This document shows positions 40,901-55,900 of a stretch of 64,000 nt of DNA, piece after piece; position 1 is the stretch's first letter; each line of letters opens with the position of its first letter. The position numbers and the translations under genes were made by a program. The stretch is from Phoronis australis (taxonomy: Eukaryota; Animalia; Phoronida), in the NCBI GenBank assembly GCA_002633005.1, contig NMRA01000074.1:1021097-1085096 (forward strand), in the 5' to 3' direction. Below the pieces are notes generated by a model that worked only from the letters and a program-made list of their open reading frames with translations, did no database searches and was not told the origin of the DNA.

Positions 40901-43900
40901 CTCGTAACGATCATATGCCGTGAGAATATACTACAATCAGAGCTCATAATAAAGAAACAAAACAATATTCATGCGTTCACGGATTCTCACCATTTGCCTT
41001 TGAGAATTCAAAAGACTTGAACTTGACAGCCTCGATGTAATTGACGAGACTTGAAAACTCCGGGGTGACCTTCAACTTGCCTTTCCCGCCTTTTAGGGCA
41101 ACGACCTTTTTGACCTCTTCATCTTCCATACTCGCCGCCTCATCCTCTTCGCTCACGTAACCGTCTCCCTCTTCGTTTCCGTCACCTCCATCTGTGTCGC
41201 TACTGGCGGGCTTGAATGGTATGTGGGATTTCTTGGCCTAAGGTGGACGAACAATAACAGTCTATCGATGATGACACTTTTCTCACATTACCTGTATTAA
41301 CTCACAAAACGAATTGAAATACAAAACAAACGTGGCAAATTTCGTTTAAATGAGTAAAATTTGCATAATGACCTCTGCGTTTTAATTCGAAATGTTCTTG
41401 AAAATAAAATTCTAGGTTGCAGGAAATTCAAAAGAAGTAGTTCCCCATTATGGTACTTCAGTTGACTAAGAGATACCCTTGATGTTCGAAATGAGAAACC
41501 AAACTTAAAGAGCATATTGAAACTGGGGGTTTCATTAAGACTTCTTGTTCCACTTATTTACTCATTTGAGACTGCCAAATTGTTCCCACCTTGATCAGAA
41601 TCTTTTGCATCAAAACTTTTGGCGATGGCAGCTGTGTGAATCTTTTGTCTAAGCCACGGTCTAATAACATAGAGCCCAGTGTGCTACGCAGGTGCTGTGC
41701 CATCCTGTTTTGTTGATCCAGAGACATGTGGTTTTCGATCGAAAGAATCAACGGATAGCTAAACGTAAAGAGAAATGACGGATAAAATATGTCTGAAGAA
41801 ACATTCAAATTGTTCAGTTTCACGGCTCAGTCACGCTTGTAAGCACATAAATAAATAATAGTGTAACTAGCAATGTTCTAGCCTCTCCACATTAATATTT
41901 TTCCGCTTCCGGTTGAGTGGTCATTTATTTTGACTGTGTGACCAGTGGCCGCAATGCCTCTTACAATGCTGAAATTAATGCTTTTTCATTGTGATTGACC
42001 AATAAAATATTTTTTTTTTTAACTTTCGTGTTGTCTTTGAACGCACACATCTTGATCTCCGACATACTGTTTGCTCGCACTGACCGACTTTCAGTTCATT
42101 ACGGCCGCCCTCGAGTGTCGCCCGGTGTTGTCTATGTTTTTGCCGAAAGTTTGTTCTGTTTACCTACATATACAATACCTACCTTTCTGTCTTCCTGCCC
42201 AATTATTTATCAACACAAGATTATCTAATCTAGTTTCCAAATAATAACCGGAGTAATAAGTCACAGATCGCCACCAAAATTTCAAAGCATTCCTAGCCGC
42301 ATTTAGCTGTTTAGCCTTTCACTCTCATGAAACCGGTCTCAAATTATTATCACTTCCTGTGATTGTATTCTATTTCTGTTACCTATAAAACCAGCCAAAC
42401 AGTGAATTTGAAAATGGCGCATGCGCCCAATGTTTGTGACGTCCGCTTCATTTGGCAATAATTCAAAATCTGATGAGCGTAGCAACTTTTTACAGCCTAA
42501 AGCGCTTTGGTTAAGAACTCAACAATAACAGCTAAGCAGTGGCGAAATATGCACGTTTAATTTTCACAACTTTGAAAAAAGTAATTATACGAAAATGCAC
42601 GACATGGGGGGATTGGTACAGGTCTAATGTAAGAAAAATTATATCGGGCAGGGTTAGTTGTCGTAGTCGAGGTTCGTTCTGTCTTCTGTTAGTGCCGGCA
42701 GTTCTATACGGTGGCTGTAAAAGGACGGCATTGCAATTTTTCCGTCATTTTTGTTGCTATCTCTATCGATGGACTTACTGGCTCTATCGATAGATTTACT
42801 ATATCTATCAATAGGCTTACTTACTCTATGAATAGAGTTTCTATCTCTATCGATAGACTTACTATCTCTATCGATAGACTAACTATCTCTATCGATAGAC
42901 TTACTATCTCTATCGATAGATTTACTATCTCTATCGATAGTCTAACTAAATCTATCGATAGAATAACAAACTCTATCGACAGACTTCCTATCTCTATCTG
43001 TAGACCTACACAACTCTATCGATAGACTTAGTAACTAAAATTACGACATCGAGGTTGCTACCTCGGTTTCAAATCAAAATTGATGACCGAAACAGTCGAT
43101 TTATTTTAGCTACGATTGACTCGAAATAAAATAATAAAGGTTCTCGTACATCGTTTTGCAGCGGCACTAAGCACAAGACAATTGTGGCGTGTTTTGGCGA
43201 CTTATGGACTTCGGCGCCGTAAAAATAGGTCAGATTTTGATGAAGCTCGTTTTGAGGAAGAACTTGAGGGAAGCAGCGCAGTGATACAAGAACCATGGTT
43301 TTAAACAATATCGCAAACGTATTAGCAATAACCGACTCTGAAAACTAGCTCAGGTGTACTTTGTTTACTTAGTTACTGACAAACATAGAACGAACTTTTA
43401 AATTATAGAATGGGTACAAATCGTCAAATCTACCGATAGAGTTAATACTTTTATCGATACAGTTAGTAAGTCTATCGATAGAGTTAGTATGTCTACAGAT
43501 AGACATATAAGTCTATCGATAACTATCAACAGAGAAAAAAGTTGCCGTGCCCTCCTTTCACAGCCACAGTAGTTCTACACTTTCTGAGAGCAAGTGTCTT
43601 TAGCTTAAGTGCACGTGGTATCGGATAGCCGGTCATCGAGTTGGCTGCCGAGTAAATTCAAGTCTAGTTCCGTTCGTCGCCACCAGAGTTACACTCTGGC
43701 TTGACGCATAGTGTTTTTGCGATAATTCGTTTATTAATCAAACAATACCGTGCTATGCGAATCGTTGTCACAACATTTGGATAAAATGTTACGTGAACTC
43801 AAGTTGACTGTTATTGTTCAATCAAACAAAATTAACGTCTTCGATGCCGGGGTCACAAATTACATTAGACCACACTTTTCACGTCTTTCCAATGCTCACT

Positions 43901-46900
43901 ATGGAATGATGTCATCCACATAAAACAAAACATGTAGTTCAGCTTTGCCCCGTTTACTTACTCCGATGCTTTGAAGGCAAATTCTTTGATGCTATCAATG
44001 ACGTCACATACTTTAATCTTTGACGTGAAAGTGTAACCGTGGTAGATGACTGGCTCCCCGTCTGGACCATCCCAGCAGTCGACTGCAAACAGAACATTGT
44101 TTTAGTGTATTCCATAGACTAGGTTTCTTGTGAGAAAAGCAATATCTCAAAAGACCCGCAAAATTACGAGGCAGAGTGAAAGGCGAGTACTTCGCAAGTA
44201 TTCTTGGGAGCTTACAAGCCTATCCTACATGTATCAAAATGGCGGACACTGAAATGATTGACAGGAGTGTTGCATTGTGAGATTGAATTCACTGTTTCCG
44301 TTCCATTCATGTAAAGTCAACATTTTTGGCCGCGAGTGTAAGTCTACGAAATGCAGATCAGCTGGGATTTCTAACAAGACGTAGACACTATTTTACTATT
44401 GCTTGTTTGCACTGTCACCGTGTCACATGCTCCTGTCTGAGAAAAAAAGTGCAAAATTGTGGGGATATGTTACTTTAAAGTGACATGGACCATGAAAAAC
44501 AAACTAAATTGCAATATTCAAAGTAAACCTCTGCCACCGAAACAGAAGTCAAACTGTTTGACCAGGTATTTTAATTACAGTTTCTTCACTCGCAAACATT
44601 TTGACTTTGTGTTGATGTCGCATCATTTTCCCTTAATTTCAAAGAAACGAACCGTGCCAACTGCTCGTTACTTTGTCGATTTTGCTCCCACAAGGCCATG
44701 CGCCCACCCAGACATTTTCCTAACGTGGAAGATGTGACCTCTGACCTTTGGTGTTAATAAAACAATGGCTGTTTTAAGCAGCAGATAGTCCGACTTCTTT
44801 GAGCGCATGCGCTCATATTAGAAGTGGAGAATTTGAAAATTGTATTGGCATTAAAGACTTTTTTGTGTTTCAAAAATAGCGAATCTTGCAATATTCAAAG
44901 TGAATAACTCTTACGGCAGCATCCGCCACGATATGTTTAAAATGTACTTGTTACGTGTTTTTGCGTTCCATGTCTATTTAAAGATGCAGTCTAGGTGTTG
45001 CTTTTGCGTGGAAATTAGATTTCGGGGTCAGCGTCACATATTTTCAATCGTGTTAGTCCATGTTAGTCCATAATAAACATAAAACTGTTGCTGATAATCA
45101 TTCTTGGGCGACACGTTTGTTGTACCACTTACGCTCTACACATCGGCATCCTTTCTTGAGGGCATTAACATACCCGCTTATGCTGCTCGGTCCCTTAAGC
45201 TGGTCAGCCATCAAATATCTAGAAACATAAACGAGTACGGTGTTGAGGCGGGTAAATGTGTTCAGTCAACCTCACGGATAAGGTTGGTCAGTGATCTCCA
45301 GTACTCAACGACACAACGTAAACTCACGTGCTCTATGAAGTTATTTGCAGAACATTTAAGGTTAATGACGCGAGTTGTCTTTTGTTCCAAATCGTATGCC
45401 GCCAGTATCATGTTGCCTAGCCGCCTTAGGAAAAGGAAGGACACCTCATAGCTAATTGATGAGTGGCTGCTCCAGTCACGTGACTACCGGTGTGAAGTAA
45501 ATGGCTGTTGCAATTACGTGCCAAAGTACTTTTTAGTCTCTGATTTCAGGACAATCCCAAATGAATGCAACTAAACTGTGAAACGGTGCATTTATTGAAT
45601 TATTGTACTGTATGCCGTGTTGCGTTTTCGATGTAGACGTTTGCTTATCCTAAGAGACACACCCGAACTACAGTGAGGACACGTGAATGTGATGGAATAT
45701 ACCCATCTATATGGTTTGTGTATTTTATATCTAAATACAACAGCAGGCAGTGGCTGTTCTGGGTGAAGCGACCCCAAAACTGTTGGTGGGAGGGAGGGTG
45801 AGTTCGCATCCGTTGCCCACTGAGGCCTTTCTTACAAGACATCACCAACGAATTGAAGGTCACTGTACTTCACAAGCGTATCCGAATAGACTAACAACAA
45901 CGAATCTGACCTGCAACAAGAACAAAAGTAGGTCTTACGTGTTATGAGACGAGCTAATGAAGTAGTTATTGAGGGGCTGCGACATATCCTGGTATACTTT
46001 GTTGACGTAGTCTGTATTTAATATGCCCTGGCTCTTACTTGTCAAGAACAGACGGAAACCTATAAGAAGAGTCATCAATAACACTTTTTCAACTATGTGA
46101 ATTTATGAGCTAGTGCAAAACCGTGCTGCGTTCCGTAGAGCAATTATCATAATTGCAAAGGAAGCCGGAGATCACGCAGGTCTTCGGGGGATACCCACAT
46201 GCATTACAAGCGAAGTATGTGAGCACACTAACGTTACTCGCAATTTTTGCGTTTACGAAATGCGGACCGGGTTCAATACTGAACACTAGACCAATTTCTC
46301 CCAACTTTTATCCTCATGAACACCTAACACCACAAAGGAATTACATGCGGGCGGCTGCAGCACAACACCTCTTAACTTATCTACAGTTTTTCATAGGGCC
46401 ATTTCTGGAAGAGTTACAGTGTCAAAGCAAAATTTCACTGCGCACTCCCTGGTTAGGATGATTGTCATGGACAAGATTGGGCCAGAAATGAGCCAGTATA
46501 GTGCAGTGATTCGTTCTAATGTTTTAGTTCATGCCCTGATATCTTTGGCGTATCACTAAACGAGCGGACTTGGACGGAATGCATCGATTTTAGTTTCTTA
46601 TTGCTGTTGCATCAGCCGCAAGTTACAAAGACGTTTCTCAATTTCCAACCTGTTGGAATGCCGAATGCTTGTTTCATTGTTCATTTAACCAACGAGAAAC
46701 CAGATTCTCCATCCTTTGACATTTCTATTGTGGCGTGGCACTTGGCAAAGAGGGTGGTCAGCTATCTTTGTTTTGTGCCGTGAAATGCATTCCTTTTTAT
46801 AAAATGTGTATTAGTCCATAATATTTTTAAGCTTGTTAAGGTCTCGGCGAAGTTTTGCAAAGTCGGTGTGTTTGGTCAGAGACATGTACGAACCTTCACC

Positions 46901-49900
46901 TCCGAGTTTTCCTCTGTCTTTGTTGGCTTGATGCACTTCGAAATCTTTGATGACTTCCCTGGCGTTCTCCAGAGTGAAACCAGGTGCGTGCTGTTCTTTG
47001 ACCATGAACGTTTTCAGTTGGTCAGCGGACATTGTCAGTTCAGAGGAGTTACCGTACCTGCAGCACATCCAATGGCATATGGAACAAATACACAAGCGCG
47101 TGAAAATAACAAAATAAGACAAATTTGCTTCACGCGTGTGTATAGCTTTGACGCTTTGTACAGGACAACTCACTCATGGTTTGTATAGGATAAACGCATC
47201 AACTAGCACGCGCAAATTCGATCCACACACGAGTGCCTTAAAAATGACATTCTAACCATAACTGATGCGTCATAATATTCACATTTTTGTCATTTCAAAA
47301 ATGTGAATATTATTGTAAAACAAATGTAAATATTTTACGAAAGCAAACCAAACACGCCAGCTTTTACCCGATTCTCTGCATAAACTTAGCTGTATAGATT
47401 TACGAGCACACGGAGTTCAAAATATTTAAGTGTGTTTTGTATTTAGAATATACGTCGACTATGAACTATATGTTTCCGATGTACATGTGCATGCGATGTA
47501 AGTGAGCCTCGAGGACAATTAGCTTGAAATAAATTATTGTTTCATAGTATGGCAAGCATCAAACCTTGCGATGAGCTCCTCGAGTTCTGGTCTCCTCGAT
47601 AACAACTCATAAAACGCGAAGAACTCATTCTTGTCCATACACTCGCTGCCTCGCCTTGTTTTCTTTTGGTCAAGCACGTTTGCTTTCTGGATTTAGAAGA
47701 ATCGTTTGATTGCACAGAACACCACTCGATGAACACATTTTATTTGCGTGTGTCGATTTTGGTACCGGTAGGATACTTGAAATCGCCAACACCACCGTTG
47801 CCGTCACCAACACAATCGTCACCATTGACATCGTCTTCATTACAGACACTGAACTCCGAATGCATTCATAAATGTTATTCCTTGGTTTAGCTCAAAAAAT
47901 AGTAAAGTCTGACTTTGACTATGCATTTGTTTCCTAAAGATCAAAACACATAATTGGTTCTGGTCCGTATTTTTTGAGAATTGACGCGAGGATGAGGCTT
48001 TTGTAGTTGTCACGAACCAAAGCCGCACCACTGCCTTTGGAAACACGTTCTTAGTCAATTAAGGCCATGAAAGACGTAAGAGGTCATTTTCACTACGTTG
48101 CTTGGCCACTCAGTTTTAAAACTACCTTAGAAACGTTTTGTGTATTACTTGAAAAAAGAGTTACGCTCTTAAAGTGACGGTGGGGGTTTTCTTTCGTGAG
48201 TCGGGTGCAAAATGAGTCGGTGACAAACCAGAATCATATTTCAAATATCTTGACATTTAAGTTTTCTTATGCGATATGTATTACTAATAGAATCTGTTAC
48301 GAATATTCATTTTACGCAACCAATTCTGTTACTTTGTTTGGCCTAACGTACGTCAAAAAGCTTCTTAGCGATGTCTTTGTTGCAGTCCACGTTCAAAACA
48401 TGTAATAGTTTCCAGACTTCTTCAAATGAGATGAGTTTGTCGTTGTTTTCATCAGCCATTATGAAAGCTTTCTGTACCCACCTGTAAAAGTATCGTCAGA
48501 TTCAAAGCACAATATGCACAATGGCAGAGGATTGACTGCAGCGGTTTCAGTCCATGTGTGAGTTAGTCACAAGTTCTGTGTTCAATTAACAAATTTTTAA
48601 TGCTTGGAAACGTATGATTCAATGACAGACAGTCTGGAATACATATTGGGTGAAATTTTATTGAAAGTTCTTGCAGAAAAGAAAAGATGGAATGCCGTAA
48701 TTTTGTGTAGCTATTGTACCTGCCATGTCAAAGTATTCAAAATGCCGCAGTGGGCTCTTGAACTACTATGCACCACATATAAGTTCTACAATGCCTCTTC
48801 ACCACAAATTACTTAAAAGTATCATTATATTTTGGCAAAGTCATACAAAAACTCTGATAGTGTTTGGAAGAGTCATGTGATAGACTAGTCTAAGACGCAT
48901 TTCTAGGTAAAAAGCTCTTCATAAGGTTGTTGAAGCATTTTTAGTAAAAGCTGGGAGCCTGACCTTCTCGTCCACTCAAGATATGCCCAATTTGACTGGT
49001 CCAGTTCCCAAGCCTATTTTTGTCCTTTGGCCATTTAAGTAGCATAAACAAAATAGCCACCAAGTTGGCAAGTTCAAGTTCACCCTTGGGAGTCAACAAT
49101 ATGATATATCATGTAAAAGGATGAACTGTTTCACCTGTACACTTCTTATAAATACATCTTGAGTAATACAACAGACATGGAAGCTAAAACAGTGCAAAAA
49201 AAACAGTAAAACTGAGATTAGGTGCAACCACTACCACAAAACTCCTTTATCGCTATAACTTTGTCCTCTTGCATGTTTGTCGACCTTGCAAACTTTAGTA
49301 TAAAGTCATTTTCTTAATACATATTCAGTGATAGAAACCTGTTAACAAAATGTGGAAACCACATCCGTTAATCTGCAATGCTCTTTCCGGAAGGTCTCTA
49401 CATTTATTCAGGACATATTGACAAAAATTCTTAATGTTCTTGCAAAAGTGAAAAAAGGTAATATTCATGGAGGACATCGAAATCTTTCTTTAAGTTGTAT
49501 TGTCTGACACGCGTACAGGTAGACTAGCCTGTATTCATACAGGGAGTCTGACCGTGAGTGTCCTGGTGGCATGCACGCAATGATTTGCATCACAATCCAG
49601 ACTCACGTCATTGACAACGTTTACTGTTGCATTGTTTCCGACATGCGCAGGGTACCGTCTCGAGGCAGCTGTCTGCCTCCCGTTCAGTAACGCTGGGCCT
49701 CGCTAAAAAGCAAGACTTCGCGAGAATACACGAGATATTGCCGTGTATTTTAAATGAGAACACGTGACTTTGACTAGGTTTTAGCTAGGTCCTAGCGTAG
49801 GTCCTATCTTTACTGAACAGGAGGCTGGTACTACTCGGATTCTGTGTCATCAGTATAGGTCGCCATTCCTATTCCCAATTCCCCAATACTATACCAGAGG

Positions 49901-52900
49901 ACACTGGGAGCATAGATATTGGAGAATGCGCGTATCTCCGTGTACTTAATTAACAGTGCACTCTCGTCAAATGGAAGCGGGGCATCATGTGTAGAGAGCA
50001 AGGGTTCCTGACTTCACGGTCTTGGAGAATATCATTATAACTCTAGTGTTATATCTACACAAAAGGCTAATGAGTGCACGTTTACGAAGATGTCATGGTT
50101 TCTTTTGTGAATTACCAATTCCCAGGTTCCTCAGAAATCACAGGTGCTCTTCCATGACGAATGTTTGGTGTGACTGGCGACCCAGGAATTGGTGTCGCGC
50201 CCAGGCAAGGTGTGAAATATAAGCAGGTACGTTGGCAATTCTCTTGGTAGTTCGTTGAAGAGAAACGTTCACATTGCATTTGCTGAAAGTGCAATACCCG
50301 CAGCAGCAGCAGAAGCAGCAACAGCAGCAGCAGAATTACATGTATAACAAAAATTTAGGTCCCAACGTTTACTAAAATGATTCCCGGATGCTTTTATTTC
50401 ATAAATATATCTAGTTGTTCTTTTGCTAATGCTCAACTTACAATTCGCGCAGTGTTCTAGGGTTGGTGACGTCAGCGTTCCATCCCAGCACGAGTATGTT
50501 TAGGCATTTCACCCACTGATCACGCTGTACCATCGACTCCGCCACAAGGTCTAACATCTTAGGTCGACCTCTTCCAAACCACAGGGCACAGCCACCTTTG
50601 GTCCGAGACATGACGGAGAAACAGTGATCTTCCTGCCGAACACAAGTGCAGCAACAATTCGCAGACGTGCCAAGTCTCACGCATGTCGCGTGAGTCACAC
50701 GCATTTGTCACTGCCTCACGCACTCACGCGAGCCTTAAGCTATCTCACGCAAAATGAATTTTTTGGTCGTAAATTTTCAAAAACCTAGTTTTCTACGCTT
50801 ATATCGTGGTTATATGATCCTTAGCGGTGTTGACGATGAGTCGAGTGACATGCGGAGCACTCTGCCACCTAGTGCACATTATTATCGGTATTCTTTTTAA
50901 AATAACGATGTAATATCGTTTTCGTGAAACAAAATGTTTTTTATTAATGTAATATGACTAGTTAAGTCTTATATTTTAGGATATATAAAGTTTGATAGTT
51001 AGTGAAGATATTGTCAGGAACCTCAAGCAAAATTTGAGCAAATTTGTGCAATCTCAAGCAAAATTTCAATTAACCTCCAGCAAAGTTGTTATAACCCCTT
51101 GGCAGGTCTGAATTCGAACAAGAAAGAAGCGCGCTACGTTTTACATTTGACACGTACCTTGTCTGTAACTAAATATTCATAGAACGGGTACAGGCAGAAA
51201 CGTAGTGAAACACAATTTGGACTTAATTTCGCAAATTAAACAAACTTTACCTTCGGGGGTTGCAATGTCCAGCTCGTAAGTAAACGATAATGCGAGTGAT
51301 TTTCTGCATGAAAAGTTTTGATTCGCGAAGTCTTCTTAATTCAAGTACTTGCTATAATTTCGATAGCATTCTCGCTGAGTGTCTCTATTGACGGGACAGT
51401 TGAAAGAAGCTGATAAGAATATTTAAAAGAAGAGTTTCTGCTGTGGATTTTTACTAAGTGGCATTAAAGGCAAAGGCAACCTTTTTTCATGTCATTTTTA
51501 GCAAAAATAGGGTTCGTTGATTATCCCAGACAAATTTTTCACTTATTTACAGATTTTCGTAATTTAATTAATTACTCGTCGTCTACTCCGGAAGTGACGT
51601 TTTGGGAGGCAAGAATTTTGCGCCAATTTCTTTTCATACAGTCTGACTTTGAGAGCAGTCGAATCAGTCATTGTTCTACCTCGGTTGTGATAAGTTCGGT
51701 CGTTGTTTGCTTTTGCTTTTGTTTACAAGTCAGTCAACATGCCACGCTGTTGCTGCCTACCGAGATGTACTCATTATCGTCTCACGTACAGAGGAAGAAC
51801 TGTCCCACTTGCCCGAGGGTCCCGCGGCACACTCCTAGTGGATGGTGACTTAAGCACCCAAACTGCTTACATCCCGCCGTGCGACTCCCTCGTCACACAC
51901 GTGGCACCTTCTAAATAGCCCCAATACAAGTGCACAAGAAACTTATCAAACTTAGGCTCACCGATCTGTTCATTGGATGACGAACTGTCCTCTTCACTGG
52001 ATGTCAAACTGGGCCTGTATTCACTCCCACAACTCAACATCGCTGCAGGGCTGCTTACAGGTTCTGGGCTAGAGACAACAGCAAACGAGGAATCACTACT
52101 AGTTCCTGGAATCGCACGCTGTGGGGTACGTTCGGAGGCACGATAGTAGATGAAGTGCCTCCAGTCTCTGTATATAATGGCCACAGCTCGCGAGGCTTCT
52201 CGCTTCAAAAAAAACACACTTCTCGGGGGTGGCGAAACAACAGCGACGGTATGGAACCCTTCTTCAGGCGTTGTTTCACAGGGACCTTCATCAATTCAGT
52301 GTACACATCTCTGTCGTAATCTGACGGATGAAAATGCTTGCCACTGCATTGTACGTTGCGTGAACGGGAAGCGCTGCGTTCTTTACACGAGCGAGCTAGC
52401 CAAGTACGGCGAAGTGTGTCATCCTTCGGAAAGCGATGCAAGGTACCCAAAGCGCGTGTGAGACAATAATGAGTACATTCTGGTACGCAGCAACAGTGTG
52501 GCATGTTGACTGACTCGTAAACGAAAGCAAACGACGACCGAACTTATCACAACCGAGGTAGAACAATGACTGACTCGACTGCTCTCGCAGTCAGACTGTA
52601 TGAAAAGAAATTGGCGCGAAATTCTTGCTTCCCAAAACGTCACTTCCGGAGTAGAGGACGAGTAATTAATTAAATTACGAAAAGCTGTAATTAAGTGAAA
52701 AATATGTCTGGGATAATCAACAGACCTTGTTTTTGCTAAAAGTGACATGAAAAAAGGTTGCCTTCGCCTTAACGACAAGGGGTTACTGTATCTTATGACA
52801 GAAAAGTATTTAAGGTTCAGACGCACTTACTTACAGGTATCTTTGTTTCATGGTCACAGGGTTCAAAGGTCAACACAATCAGACCTCAAACTGAGTACGG

Positions 52901-55900
52901 CCTCATCGCAAACACTATTTCGGGTTCTAGCGACATTCAAACTTCAAAGAAACCGACGTCTTATTGTCAGCCGAAAGTTCAGAAACTCAATGAAACAACG
53001 ACCCTAGCGGCAAAACATGATCATAACCAAAGCTAGTGCCATCTATAATCTGTACTTCAACTAACAGGGAACCGTACAAGGTTGACGGTTTGTAATCCAG
53101 GTATGTTCCGTAACAGCTGTTAACAAAAGCTATAACATTCCAAACTTCTTTGCTTGACAAAACTGTCAAGGACAGGGCTGCCATATGGAATTTGCTGCTG
53201 CACACAGATGTGTGTTCTTATGCAGCATTCACGTGGTCACCGAAATCGGGGTTAACGTGTCTCTTAGTGTTTTATGACCGCGGAGCCAGTTGCAGGACCA
53301 GAGATGACAAGGTAAGCACTTACTACCCTTTGGCTGTGTAAACACCAACCAATAACAAACTACAAGCAACACGTCACCGCACACTGAAAAGCATTAGCGA
53401 CTTAAAAAACCAAAACAGTTTTGCTATAGGAATAGCAGTCTACTCTTCTGTAACTGACTGGATCCAAGCTTTCTTATGGACTCGTGTCGCGTAAACGTCT
53501 TCATGAATTAGTTAGTGACGTAACAGTGCCAACATAGCCATCGGTAAGGTAGCCGTCTTAGTGTTAGTTTTAGTTTGGCCAAAAACCAAAGTTGATTCTA
53601 GTCTCTGTTTTGTTTTTTTTGAAAATGGAGTTGGAACGGTTGATGCGGGATGTACTCTTTATGTCGATCTTTACTCATCGAATGATAAATCATGGCGTTT
53701 CAGTAGATCAGAAAAAGGGATTCTGACATTTTTCTTTAAATTTCTTTCAAAAAACATCATTTATTCTTTTGAGCTATAGACAAATTGGATTTTGAGACTC
53801 AACTTTTTCGAGTCGTTCGAAAATGACTACTCTTTTATATATTAAAACTATCGTGGAAAAATCTAAACATTTGTAAGGTAAGGAGAAAAAATATGAATCC
53901 AAGATGCAAAACACCATTCCAATCACCTACAAGATAACTGACAACAAAGACGGGAAGTACAAGGTACTTTGAACTTGAGTTACAGGTGACAAAACCGGAA
54001 GTGCGCAGAACAGAGAAAGTCATCGAGAAAGGAAAGACAAAATTGCTAGGCAAGTGGAATGGACATCTTTAATTCATTGGTTAACAATAAAAAGTTGACG
54101 ACATTATTTGAAAGTTAGGATAATTAGTTCATGATAGTCGCGTGGACTTCTTCTGTAAAATTGATTTATTTGCTCTCGGATTACGCTATGGTACGTGTAC
54201 GATGATTCGGACAGCCAACGTCACTTTTGTGTGATGCATGCATCTTTAATAATTAAAATTTGGAGGAATTTAATCACCTTGGAAAATTTTCCAGGATAAT
54301 CAATGCAAAAAATTGCAGTTTATTAAAAATGGTACTAATAAGGTTGCTTAAGCCTTTAAAACACATATACTGAATAGTGTAGCATTCAGATATGTGGTCC
54401 TCTTAGAAGGTAGTTTAGAGATCTGAACCACCATCTGAAAAATTCACTTTTGAACGCTCGCATAAACTACTTTCTTATCGTTCGCCCCAAAAACAAGACG
54501 GCAGATCTGCCTTCTTACAGTGAAAACCTTCATGACTAAAAGTTGCGTTTGCAAATTACACCCCAATCACCCCGATCACCTGCAGCAGACAGAGCACTGC
54601 CATACCCTTTGAGTTTTCAATGCAATAAACCTACAGTAATATGGTGGAAATAATGACAGGCGCAATTCTTTCGAACAAATTAAAGATGTACACGCTCAAT
54701 TAACTTGGGCATGTCTTTGCGAAAAGCCTTGACTGGCTGCTTCGCTGGAGTGGGGGCCTCGCTTAGGCTAGTTTTGGTGTGGCAAGGTCGTCAATAGTCT
54801 GATATAACGTGCCCGTATTTTGAGAACCAGTTTGATACCAGTTAAGTAGTGTAGTAAGAGGTTTAGGACGCCTAGTTTTGCGGCTCCTCGGTCAAAGGTC
54901 AACAATGCAAAAGGAAAAGGTCAAAGGTCACGTGTGATAACTGCAATCGGAAGGGACATCATTCCCTACCGGACGGATGTGTCAATGACGTCACACCTCA
55001 TGACGTAATAGGTTTAATTAGATCCGTTAGAGAAGCACATCGATGCTTTCGTGGCACGTTTTTGCGGCTTCTCGACGGATTGAGAGCCGAAACAAAAGAG
55101 GGATTACGCTGTTGAATAAGAGCAAAAGGTACCTTATTTCGCGTGCGCCAAGTGTCTTCGTTGTATAATATTTTCATTGATCGAAAACAAATGTCGTGAA
55201 TATTCCGCTACAAAAGGGGATAACGCCCGACTCAACAACAGATGTCGCGTAAAGTCTAACCCAGGTACCGACGATACTAAACTAATAATGTTAATAATAA
55301 GATGTGGTCACCTAAAATAGAACATAAAACTGATACTGTTTAAACGTGTATTAATGACTAAGTAAATTTTAATACACTACAAAAATCATCAAAGTTTCTG
55401 TAGTCACAAATTCAACTTTGAACCTGAGTTTAGGTTATAAACTGCGCAGAGACTGTTACTTAAAGAAGTGTTTTTAACGTTTCTTCACCCGTCACAAATT
55501 TGAACCTTTGTTGATCGGTTGCTTTGAGATTGGCGTTGTTTTCATAAACTTACATACCAACCTGCTTTCTAGTAAGCTCTACTGGAATTTGAATGTGTCT
55601 GCGACAGTAAATTTCATAGAAGCCAGTGTAAAATTAAAGCATGCACGTCCCAGGGTCATGCGAATTGGAAGAAGCTCCAAATGCCCAGCTGTAAAATAGA
55701 TAAAACCCTGCAACAGCATTTGAATAGATGAAATATGCTTCTGCTAGTCACATTCATGCATTTCTTCGCTTTCTGCTGAAGCTGGTCCACAGGTTGTACT
55801 TGAAACTTGCACTTTTTTCCAGTCCCAAAGAAATATTGGTGGCGTAACTGTGTTAATCGAGTGGGTTATCTGCAACTAGTAATCTGATTTGTTTGTGCAA

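Noticed and set aside
42711-43030. ISIDRLT-repeat ORF or CRISPR-like array
   Set aside because: Translation of a 21-bp minisatellite inside a transposon; no unique spacers, no cas genes, eukaryotic context.
47272-47313. Perfect 18-bp-arm AT-rich hairpin resembling a terminator
   Set aside because: Inside a eukaryotic intron with no associated element ends; probably a local inverted duplication.
50300-50333. CAG microsatellite
   Set aside because: Intronic, short and interrupted.
51251-51303. Phase-compatible PLC exon [18 protein letters not shown]
   Set aside because: Exon 59039-58954 fits the PH consensus far better; no homology support.
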